DNA of 64,000 nucleotides, from contig ML978124.1 of NCBI GenBank assembly GCA_010015805.1, forward strand, positions 1,736,001 through 1,800,000, in the 5' to 3' direction. A program made the translations under genes and the position numbers. This document shows positions 24,701-34,218 of the stretch, one piece after another; within the stretch, counting starts at the first letter, position 1; every line of letters starts with the position of its first letter. The notes under the pieces were generated by a model. That model had not been told where the DNA came from. It worked only from the letters and a program-made list of their open reading frames with translations, and did not search any database. This stretch comes from Rhizodiscina lignyota. Taxonomy: Eukaryota.

Positions 24701-25413
24701 GTTTTGAAGAAAGCCTACGCATTCATCGTAGAGTTCTCAAGTCTCGACAAGCTTCTCTAGGTCAGTCGCATGTCGATACACTTACAACAATGAACAACGT
24801 GGCTATGGCTTTGCTCGATCTCGGGCATTTAGATGAAGCAAAATCAATGATGACCGACGTACACTCCCAGCGACGAGCCCAGCTGGGCAAGGAGCATCCG
24901 TGGACATTGTGGGCGCTTTGTAATCTTGCGAAAGTGCACATCGAGATGGGATATCTTAGCGAAGCCGAGAAAATGCTTACCTGGGGAGTTGAAGCGGGAG
25001 AGAGGAGCTTAGGTAAAGATCATCTGGGCGTCCTTATGGGTAACGGCCAGCTCGCCCGTATATACGCACGGCAAGGACGACTGGAGGAGTCGGAGAAGCT
25101 CTCCGTATTGACCATTGGGCTCATCGAGAAGTCTCGTGGGATTGCTCATCCGGACACTGTCTACGGATTGTGGAAGCTGGCACAGCTATATGAGCTCAGA
25201 GATGAGCGGGAGATCGCGGTTCAGACTTGCCAGCTTGCTTTAGAGAGAGCCGACATGCGTATCACAAGGAGGCATCCTCTGGCCAAGAAGATAGAAGAAC
25301 TGCTCGGGCGTCTCGATGGTCAAAACAGAGACTTCGCAGAAACTGCAGAAGCTGGGGATGGGCAGAACGCATCAACCGCTCGGGCTCTCATTCCCCGCGG
25401 GCAGACCTGGTGA
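21781..25413 (+). CDS. Fungal NLR: degenerate SesB-like hydrolase domain + NB-ARC + TPR repeats
   Basis: ATG 21781, introns 21855-21907 and 23030-23084. N-domain D|IVAVHSL..ARILTYGYDA..PIIFICHGLGG..FFGTPH. P-loop VYGMGGSGKT, Walker B WLLIIDNADD, ILVTTRN, FSLHPLVHAW. C-terminal kinesin-light-chain-type TPRs (LGxxHxxTLxxMxNLA). Confidence 0.92.
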
Positions 25414-25879
25414 TTGGTGGTGAAATGAGTAATGATTATGGCAGGCTGTTATGATCTTATGAGGGAACAATTAAAGGATTTTATTCATCCATGGACTTCG
25501 TGTACTAGATGCGTGCTGCCAAGCAGCTCATTGCGACCATCAGTTGGTTGGGACATCTTCCGTTGCATATCTTGTCGGTTCGCATGGCTGAGGAGGCCCG
25601 ATGTTGCTGCCTCGTTCTCTTGGACAGCACGCTCTCGGAACGTGTTATTCGCGCGTTTGCGGCGCCGCGTGATCCATAACAATGCAGTTACTGCTAGAGC
25701 TAATGGAACTCTCAGCGAATACTGACTACAACGCCGACCACTGTCTTCTCTGCAGAACAGTTCGAGCCGCTGGAGGATGAGGCACCTGTTACGCGTACTG
25801 TCTGCGTCTGCATAGGAGCCCCTGATGCGGTAGTGGATGAACCGGTTATCTCATATTAACCCTTCTACTATACCATCCG

Positions 25880-28168
25880 TTAAGCCAACGCGATAAGGAC
25901 TCGTTCAGGGCCTGCCTGCTGCCAAGCCAATTCTTGAATCTCCCCAATATTAATTCTGTATGCCAGGTCGCCTTGTCTTTCAATCTGGAGTACTGTCAAT
26001 ATAGCTTCAAAATGAAGTATTTGCCGCCTTCTGATTTGGATGAACTCCCATGTGCCGCAGTCATATCTGGTCTCTTCGGAGCGTTGCCGTATCATGGGAC
26101 CCATGGTTCCGATGGGAGTCCCAGAGCTGTTCCGGATCTCGTATTCGTATTTATCTGCGAACTTGGTATCACTTGGTTGAGCGGTCTTCCTGGCGATACT
26201 GAGAACTGCTCTTTCTGCCCAGAATAAGAGGATATGGCCGCCAGGTGTACGTGCTAAAGCGTTTTGGGAAAGACTGGGAAGCTCAGTTTTGACGTCTTGA
26301 AGTTGCACGCGGTCGTCGCCGTCCGTCGCCGGGACAGTAGGATTAACTGCCCTAATAGCCACACCTGTGTCTTCATTGGCGTGGACATAAACATCTATTG
26401 TGGCAGCCTCGTTGATTTCATCCAGGTGCTCGTTCGTAACTGACACCCAAGCTTCTCCAATCCAGCCCATCCACGACCAGCTGGGAAATTCGACTTGTTT
26501 GTCCAACTCGGTCATTGGCAACGTGCTTTTGGCTGACCTTCTGACTTGCCCAGATCTAGTGCTCCAAGCTAAGGCATCATTCAGTCTGCTCCGCGGAAGG
26601 CCCCATAGCCACTGTACTCCGAATACTCTTGTCATTTCCTGCAGTAGTCCTTCAAAGGCGTCATAAACATCGCCCGCGAAAGTGAAGTGTCGACGAGTAA
26701 AGCGCTGAACAGCCAGTCTGTATCTTCTCCAGAAGCGCTCGTGTGCGTCCTGCGGCTCCGTTTGATGCCGAGCAACTTCCAGTGATAGCTCCATGGCGGC
26801 GCTGTGGAATGGAAATAGTGTCGGTGGGCCATGCTCCATGTACGATTCCTCGCAGAATGTTGTCGTGTTGCATGAGAAGTAGACTTGCTCCGCGGTGAAC
26901 GTAATAACTCTGCGGGACAAGTATCTTTCCTGAAAGGTCCAGCCGCGCGTGTTCCATCTTGTTTCGTCGAGATAATGCACCGGAAACATGCCATTAACTG
27001 GGTTGATCGTCGTCATCAAAGACATGGCAGGTTTTCCCTCCTTTGCCTCCAGAACTGGGACCTCTGCTTGTTCGAACCAGCGGGTGCCCGGTCGCAGGCC
27101 AGGTAGTCCTGATTCTGCGCTTTCACCGGCGGCTGCCACGACGGTAGCAGAAGCACATCCGTAAATAGCGCCCATCGAACGAAGCTGAGTTTTCTTGTCG
27201 ATATCGTCATCCTGGATGATGCAAAGAGCATCAACCCATATGTATCGCAAGCCAAGCTGTCTAGTGAGGTCAATGGCATCCATAATTGTGCGTGAGGCCG
27301 GACGATCTCTCAGAGTCCCAACATCTCCCAGAGCAGTGAGGTTTCCTTTGCGGAGCGTGAGCTTTTGATTAGTCCCCCAAACATAGCTCAGAGCAATATA
27401 TTTCATGTCACCAAGATACACGTGTTTGAAGGATCGAATAGCCATCTCTTGCACGTCGATAAAGCGGATCAAGTCTGCCACAGCTTCCGCACCCATTCCT
27501 CTAGCAGAGTCTTTAGTGGAATTGCAAACAGCTCCATGATCAACCTCGCAAAGTCGAAGCCACTGTCGAAGCCACCCACAGTCGACGGTCAAAGGACGTC
27601 GGCGTCCGCCGAATATTGTCGGCTCCACTCCAGGACGTGTGTCGAGAAAGTCTACGGAGACATCTGCCTGGGTAGAGCCTGGACTGCAAGCTTGGAAACA
27701 GTATTGCAAGTATTGTTTGTGAAGATCCTCCGAATCTTGTACCTTGCCCTGCTCGTTTGTGATGAGGCTCAGTCTACAAACAATGCGAAACCGGTCACGA
27801 TCCGCTTCCTCCGGCGGGTAGAAGACCCCGTAGAAGGTATTTTCTGCTTGCACACTGATCTCGAGGCCGCTCATGCTCCGGCCCTCTTCCGTAAATGGCC
27901 CACGTTGACTGAGTATCTTCCATATCAGGTTGCACATACCGCAGGTCTCTCGTCGTGCCTTTATGCTGCCGAGCAAGCCCAGACTCAACGTCTTATGGCG
28001 ATGGTCATCCTGGGGGACAAGTTGAGGAAACCAGTGCTCGTAGGTCGTTTGATCATTTTTGCGGATGGCTTGAATATCTGACAGAGTAGGACATCTCAAG
28101 GTCTCAAATGGAATGAGTTGACAGAGTTCGCACAAGGCGACAGGTTTGGCTCGGCTTCTAAACGTCAT
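25880..28168 (-). CDS. HET-domain (heterokaryon incompatibility, TOL-like) protein
   Basis: Intronless. Motifs YIALSYVWG, TIMDAI..LGLRYIWVDALCIIQDD, MGAIYGCA, WNTRGWTFQERYLSRR and FPSWSWMGW. N-terminal CxxC pairs. Confidence 0.92.
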   Translation of the reverse strand: MTFRSRAKPVALCELCQLIPFETLRCPTLSDIQAIRKNDQTTYEHWFPQLVPQDDHRHKTLSLGLLGSIKARRETCGMCNLIWKILSQRGPFTEEGRSMSGLEISVQAENTFYGVFYPPEEADRDRFRIVCRLSLITNEQGKVQDSEDLHKQYLQYCFQACSPGSTQADVSVDFLDTRPGVEPTIFGGRRRPLTVDCGWLRQWLRLCEVDHGAVCNSTKDSARGMGAEAVADLIRFIDVQEMAIRSFKHVYLGDMKYIALSYVWGTNQKLTLRKGNLTALGDVGTLRDRPASRTIMDAIDLTRQLGLRYIWVDALCIIQDDDIDKKTQLRSMGAIYGCASATVVAAAGESAESGLPGLRPGTRWFEQAEVPVLEAKEGKPAMSLMTTINPVNGMFPVHYLDETRWNTRGWTFQERYLSRRVITFTAEQVYFSCNTTTFCEESYMEHGPPTLFPFHSAAMELSLEVARHQTEPQDAHERFWRRYRLAVQRFTRRHFTFAGDVYDAFEGLLQEMTRVFGVQWLWGLPRSRLNDALAWSTRSGQVRRSAKSTLPMTELDKQVEFPSWSWMGWIGEAWVSVTNEHLDEINEAATIDVYVHANEDTGVAIRAVNPTVPATDGDDRVQLQDVKTELPSLSQNALARTPGGHILLFWAERAVLSIARKTAQPSDTKFADKYEYEIRNSSGTPIGTMGPMIRQRSEETRYDCGTWEFIQIRRRQILHFEAILTVLQIERQGDLAYRINIGEIQELAWQQAGPERVLIALA

Positions 28169-28843
28169 CGATAATCGGGCGGACCAAGACACCTGTAATG
28201 GAACCTCGGTACGCCAAATTGAGTTCCAGCTTTACATCTGCCTAAAATTTTGCGACCTATTGGTATTATTGGAGGTCGGAAGTTGGAAGGCGGAAATAGA
28301 AGTGATATGAAAGCGTGAACAGGTCCTGAAGGCAACGAGGCAATCGGTTAGAAGGTCGTCCTTGACACCCAATGATCATGCCCCTGGCAGTTGAACAACA
28401 CGAGGCCCCAGTCCGCAGCAACCTATCGATCTCTTGTAGGGCAAAGTGACCGATGGAGGCGCAAACGGTCTGCACATGGTTCGACACTTCGAGTCTTACG
28501 AAAAAGGGCATAAACGCACCGATGTTAAGACGAATTTATGCATCATGGCCTGAAGCTAGTTTCCTGTCGTGTCACCTGCAGCACGGAACGGACCGATGAG
28601 GCTCTGATGGACCAATAATGTGAGGCTTCGGTTTCCACCCTGGTAAATAGGACCAACTGTTGACACTTGGCATGCGTTGGAAGGCTGAGAGGGCGGTCAT
28701 CCATCAGTAAATTATGCGAATTCAAGATATCGTGAATAGCTACGAGGGCCTTTATCAGCGAACAAGTACACGTGATGTTATGCAGGCCGACGCAATGACA
28801 TGCTGCTCTACCTACTCATGAATCTGAAGTTTATACTCACTCA

Positions 28844-29893
28844 TCAGAGTAATCCAGGAATAATAGCCTTCCTCTTCCCCACCTTCTCCCTCCCAAATTT
28901 CTCTACATACCAATCCCACCCGGACAGCGCCCTCGGCAACATCGTCGCGATCTCATTCACCACGAACGTTCTCGCTGGCGCGCACGCCCATCCTCCCACA
29001 ATCCAGAATCCGCACCACTCGATCCACTCGCACAGATAATGCGGATACAGCACGTAGTAAAATAGCCCGTTCTTCGGTAGCATGTACACCTTTTCCACGT
29101 TCTCGACCGGCTTGCCCTCCTCCTTCGCCTTCTTTTCTGCCCGTCTTTGAGCGGCCCGCCGGATTTCGCGCAGGTCATCGTCATGGTACATGTTTGCGAG
29201 AAGGCCCCAGCCCCAGATAACTATGCCAGCTTCGATAGTGTAGAGGCGTCCGGACCAGTCGTTGATTGTGGTAGGCCCATAGCCGGCGAGCCAGCCGCCG
29301 AGTGACAGAGCGTTGAGGAGTTGGAAGGAGATGGCGAGAGCCCAGACCAGAGGATGGATGGGGGACATGGAGGGGTTAAGGACGAGGGGGGAGAGGATGG
29401 CGCGGTAGAGGTAGTGGATTGTCTGTTGGTTTTAGCAGTTGTTAGTTTACGATTCATCATTACGAAGGAGATGCGTCAATCTGCGTGCGCGCGGAGAGCC
29501 TTGCACAAATGCAACGGGAGAAATGTAAAATATCAGAGACGTACAAACATGCCCGCCATAGTCCAATTCGCCCATGGAAGACTCTCAACTCCCAGCTGCT
29601 TCGGTAGACTGTACATGCAGTAAAGTAATGTGAGAAAGCCAGGCGCTTCCATCGTCACCCATGCCCATTTGCCGGGGATGTTGAAGCGCGACTCGATGGA
29701 TGTCTTGCCCATTGGGTAAAACGTCGTTACCCATTGGACTACCGTAACCTGCACGGCATAAATTAGACATTTTGCGGCTGAGAGGGCAAGGGAAGAATGA
29801 GTGAGGGCGTACAACCGGGAATAATTGCCACACCGTGAAGATGAGCTCCCAGTTCTCGCGCGACGGCGGGAGCCAGTTTTGGATTATCGCCAT
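28844..29893 (-). CDS. 3-oxo-5-alpha-steroid 4-dehydrogenase / steroid 5-alpha-reductase-like membrane enzyme
   Basis: PMGKTS..NIPGKWAWVTMEAPG, IHYLYRA, YHDDDLREIR, YMLPKNGLFYYVLYPHYLCEWIEWCG, RKAIIPGLL. Two introns (about 29749-29813 and 29423-29544). Confidence 0.88.
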
Positions 29894-30433
29894 ATTCTAA
29901 GAGACGCAGAATTCTTGAAGAAAAATACACGTCTGAGAGGTTGTGGGATGTAAAAAGACGCGTTGCGGCGTTAATGAGGTTGGAACAAAGTTGAGGCCGT
30001 TGTCAAACATGAATGGGGTGGATGCGTGGATCCATGTCGTCATGAAAGCAAGGCAAGGCAATGCGATTGAAGCGATTGGAAACAGTGGAAACAGTTACAC
30101 CAAGAGTAAGCATCTACTATCACAAAATTTCAACAGACTTCAAGCATTTAATCAATATCGTTTCAAGGCTGAGAAAGTACTTCAATACTAGTAATTAAGG
30201 AGCCACCCCCGCCCATCCCAGAGACCAGAGACCCAAGCTACCCACTCCGTAGCTAATCCAAGCGAAAGTCTCTCATGTGCTCATCATATCATACCAATAT
30301 GCCCGACACCTCATTCCTCGCCGTAAGCACCAGTCCAGAGCAACGCCAGTTGAAATGCCACAAACACGATCCCGCGATGCCGTAGCCAGAAGAAGAAGTC
30401 TAAAAGCACTCTACAACGCCACGCATAAATGCA

Positions 30434-33289
30434 TCACTCATCCACATCCTGCCCCATATCCTCGAATTCCTTCGCAATCTGTTCGTACCAAATTCCATGC
30501 GCTTTCTGGTCTACCTCTCCCATCTTGCCCAGTGTATCGACGATCTCACTGACCTGCGGAACAAACTCCGCCATTCCACTACTAGCAAGGCCCTCTGAAG
30601 CAGTGCTCGCAAAGCGGACACGTTCGCCAGAGCTGCTTGCTGACAGACGGTTAAAAGCGTGTGTCTTCAGACGCTGGAAGAGAACCTTGATAAGTGGGTC
30701 CGTCAACCTGCCTCGCTCAGCCTGCTGCAGCAGTCTCGTGATGGTATTGGCAAGCTGCGACCTTGTGCTTGCTGGCATTGGATGGCCCGACTCAATGATT
30801 GAGAGGAGTCTGGCAGACAGTGACTCGTCCGGATCCAAGAAGCCGGTTTTCAGGGCATCCCACATGCGGCTTGCTTCTGGCTTCCACTGCGATCGAACGT
30901 CTCTCTTCAGAAGATTCTTCGCATTGAGGAAGATAGCGGCGATAGTTGCAATTCGGGCGGATTCAGCGCGGATTCTAATAATGCGAGCTCGATCGAGATT
31001 CAGAGTCTCAGGGAGGTCGTTCTCCTGCAGTGTGGCAGTGGCGATAGCCAGATCGACAAGTCCTCGTGCATAAATCTTCTGAGTCGTTGGACGATGCAGT
31101 GGATCGCGCCTGTCAGATTCCGTGATAACATTTACGGCTGCATCATTCCACCATCGCTTCGTCCGCGCAAGGGTAATTCTCCCCGCGTCGAGGTCCTGAG
31201 CGAACATGCGCTGTTCGTACCCCGCAGACTGCTTGATGAGCGTAGGCGCTGCATTCATCAACAGAAAGTTGGAATAGTCTAGGGAGAGCAGATCGATTAC
31301 GTGCAGAAGGCGGAACAGCTTATCGATCATCTCAGACACGCTGCCAGGTGTCTCCATGTCCTCAGCAAGTGTCTTGACCTGCTCGTCTCGGACGGGAGCG
31401 CACAACTTCGGCAAGATGTTTGCCATGAAGGTGAAGAACTTTTCGTAAGAAAACACGCCTTGCGCACACTGGCGCGAAACGAAATCCGTATCCAAAGTCT
31501 CTGAGATGAGGGTGTGCAACGAATTGCCGGGCTTAAGGAGCTTCAGAAGTTTTGCTCTGATGTTGTCAGCCATAGCAACAGTCCAGGCATCCCCCTCGCC
31601 ATTCTCAAATCCTCGTCGCATGCTTTCACAGATTTCTCTGTTAACGGCATTGCGGAGATTTGAATGTGGCGAGTTATCAATCCTGAACTCCTTGTCGATC
31701 GCCAATTCATGCACAAGGATGCGGTTGTCGGGAAGAATCGAAAAGATTTTTGCAAGAGCCGCTGCTTCTTGGCCTTCGGGAGTAGCCTCACTATCCTGTA
31801 CTGGTGTGACAGAGGTACTGCTCTCAACTGCTGTTTCTTCCGATGACGCTGGAGAACCTTCAAGAGCAGGCCGTGGCCGTACGTCTCCTACAGGACGGCG
31901 TCGGGGACGAGATCGTCTGCTCTCTCGGATGGCTTTCTTAATCAGCATGGTCGCTCTATCAGGCCCTGCCAATTTCTTGATGCGACTGAGTAGGAGCACT
32001 TGGTTGTCACGAATGCCCTCTCGATAGTCGTTAGCGACCTCGCCATCGGTGTAATCTTTTACGGACTGCCAAATAGCATCCAGATTCACGAATGAAGCAA
32101 CCATGGTTTCAATTAGAATGGATGCATCCCGAGCCTTCCAGTCGTTGAAAGCGGTGTTATATGCTGTGTTGGCAAACGAAAGCGTCTCCAACTGGGTCAA
32201 GTCAAGCGAGTATCTCTGACTGGCCATTGCCTTCGTCAAGAGCGCCTCGAATGATATGACGAGTTCCTTAGCCTTGGTGATGAGATCCTTCTCTTGGTCT
32301 CCGTCCTTGCTGCTCAGGACTTCTGCTGGATGCCCTAGCACGAGATACGCAGAGAGGAAGGTTCTGATTGAAGTTTGGCTAGAAGTGGCATCTACGTCAT
32401 CGAGTAGGTTCAGAAGTCGAAGCACTCTTCCGGTGGCAGACAGCACGCGATCCTCGGCAATGAATTGGCCCATTGCTTCGAAGCTCGTCTCCGCCACTGG
32501 GTCGATGGAAAGATTCAAGGCCGAAAACTCATCGAGGATGTTCCTTCTTCGTTTGGTTCTCCAAGCCGCTTGAATTCTCTTCGCTGCAGCATCGCTTGTC
32601 AGAACACGTGTAACTTCAGTAGGCTTTTTCGACGGAGAGCTTGATGTCCGTGGCCGTCTCCAGGTTCTGTTGTACAACAGCCTTCTCTTCTCTGCTTCGG
32701 CTAGCTTCTCTTCCATTTCCAGTCTATAACGCTTCTCCTCAGCTGCCTTGCGTTCTTTCATGTCTTCGGCGACCTTCTTAGCTCTCTTGACCTCTTCCGC
32801 ACATGCCGCAGCCACTTGTGCCAAATGTCTCTCGCGCGCCTTTTGTGCCGCCAGAGCTCTCTCTTCGCTGTTGGATGCTCTTGGCGCGGCCTTAGCCAAA
32901 GCAGCCCGCAATCGAACTTGTTCGGCATGCGCAGCGCGATCTGCGAGACGCGCCTTGCGGCTTTCGATAATGGAGGCCCGGCGCAAGTGCTGAGCCACAT
33001 GGTTGCTCTGACATCCACCATGGAGAGAGCGCGCGGAAGTGTGCGAATGCGTGGATGACATAGAATTGCGGCGAGATGAGGTAGCGGAGGAGCGTCGGCG
33101 GTTAGTAGACGGTCTCCAGAATCGCGCCGCGATACGTGGTGGAGGGGCTGCATAGACGTGATTCGCAGTGTCTGTGCCATTTAAGATCATTCCATCTTCT
33201 TCAATCTCCTCCGGAATGTCGTCATTTGCTGGAGGATCGGGGATATCGATCTTGTCCGGCATTGTTTGTTGATGTTCGGATGTAGACAT
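30434..33289 (-). CDS. Tcp11/Sok1-family protein with IQ-like motif
   Basis: 951-aa ORF. IQ-like AAKRIQAAWR, and Tcp11 hallmarks RTFLSAYLVLGHP, NRILVHELAID, KLCAPVRDEQV, LDYSNF and LPETLNLDRARI. Confidence 0.85.
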   Translation of the reverse strand: MSTSEHQQTMPDKIDIPDPPANDDIPEEIEEDGMILNGTDTANHVYAAPPPRIAARFWRPSTNRRRSSATSSRRNSMSSTHSHTSARSLHGGCQSNHVAQHLRRASIIESRKARLADRAAHAEQVRLRAALAKAAPRASNSEERALAAQKARERHLAQVAAACAEEVKRAKKVAEDMKERKAAEEKRYRLEMEEKLAEAEKRRLLYNRTWRRPRTSSSPSKKPTEVTRVLTSDAAAKRIQAAWRTKRRRNILDEFSALNLSIDPVAETSFEAMGQFIAEDRVLSATGRVLRLLNLLDDVDATSSQTSIRTFLSAYLVLGHPAEVLSSKDGDQEKDLITKAKELVISFEALLTKAMASQRYSLDLTQLETLSFANTAYNTAFNDWKARDASILIETMVASFVNLDAIWQSVKDYTDGEVANDYREGIRDNQVLLLSRIKKLAGPDRATMLIKKAIRESRRSRPRRRPVGDVRPRPALEGSPASSEETAVESSTSVTPVQDSEATPEGQEAAALAKIFSILPDNRILVHELAIDKEFRIDNSPHSNLRNAVNREICESMRRGFENGEGDAWTVAMADNIRAKLLKLLKPGNSLHTLISETLDTDFVSRQCAQGVFSYEKFFTFMANILPKLCAPVRDEQVKTLAEDMETPGSVSEMIDKLFRLLHVIDLLSLDYSNFLLMNAAPTLIKQSAGYEQRMFAQDLDAGRITLARTKRWWNDAAVNVITESDRRDPLHRPTTQKIYARGLVDLAIATATLQENDLPETLNLDRARIIRIRAESARIATIAAIFLNAKNLLKRDVRSQWKPEASRMWDALKTGFLDPDESLSARLLSIIESGHPMPASTRSQLANTITRLLQQAERGRLTDPLIKVLFQRLKTHAFNRLSASSSGERVRFASTASEGLASSGMAEFVPQVSEIVDTLGKMGEVDQKAHGIWYEQIAKEFEDMGQDVDE

Positions 33290-34218
33290 TGTTATGGCCT
33301 GTCTATTGTCTCTTCATTCGAGTGCTCTGCATGCAATAGAACCGTGAATGACTCCTCGGCCAGGCCGCTACTGAGTGCGACGCAACGATTGTGGAAGCCT
33401 CGCAAGTGAACGAGCGGCAGTTCAGTGAAACGAGGCAACAAGTGCTGACGCTTCAATATGCGCATATAAATGAGAAAGTAGAGCGCTTCAAGCTGCGACA
33501 ACGAAGAGAAAGAAGAAATCTAGAAAGTACAAGAGCCCCGGCGAAACGATGTGCGCGAGACAGAAGCGGATGATGTGTGAATGAAGAGGGAAGAGTGGAG
33601 ATGGCTGGTTCGAAGAGTCGCAGACGGCGACCTAAAGCGGTCCCTCTGCGGCGGGAGGCGGGACGAGCTGGCGACGATCCTTCGATCTTCCAGATTGCTG
33701 GAGAGCTTGCTTACAGAGCAACCCAGCTTCGTGAAGATTCGATAATCACATGAAATACGGAAGTGAGGGTTTTTCGTACGTTAACGAATCATTTAAATAA
33801 TGCATGTAATAGACGGCTTGAGCTGATGACGGAGGATTCGTTGTCAGTGCCAGGCAACGCTTGGCACTCTCTGAGCGGCAGGGCAGGGTAGGATAGGTGG
33901 ATTTCCGCTTTCAGCGATGTGAAAAGCTCCGTACCTTTCAGAGACATCATCGAAAGCCACGGGGATCATTAGTGTGAATTTCTTATGAGCCACTCTTGTG
34001 GTCGGAATGTGTAACTTCCCCTTTTAAATAAACTGGAGAAACTTTGCCAAGAGTTAAGACGGTGGAGCGGAAATATCCGCCGGTGGCTGGTCTTGAATCT
34101 AGAAATTTTTGAGTGGGACATCAATCCTCTACTGCAGGACCAAACCCTCCACAATGGCAAATTGCTCACGATAATGGTTCTTTTCAACACTGCCTAGCAT
34201 ATTAGTTTCTCTATTGCA

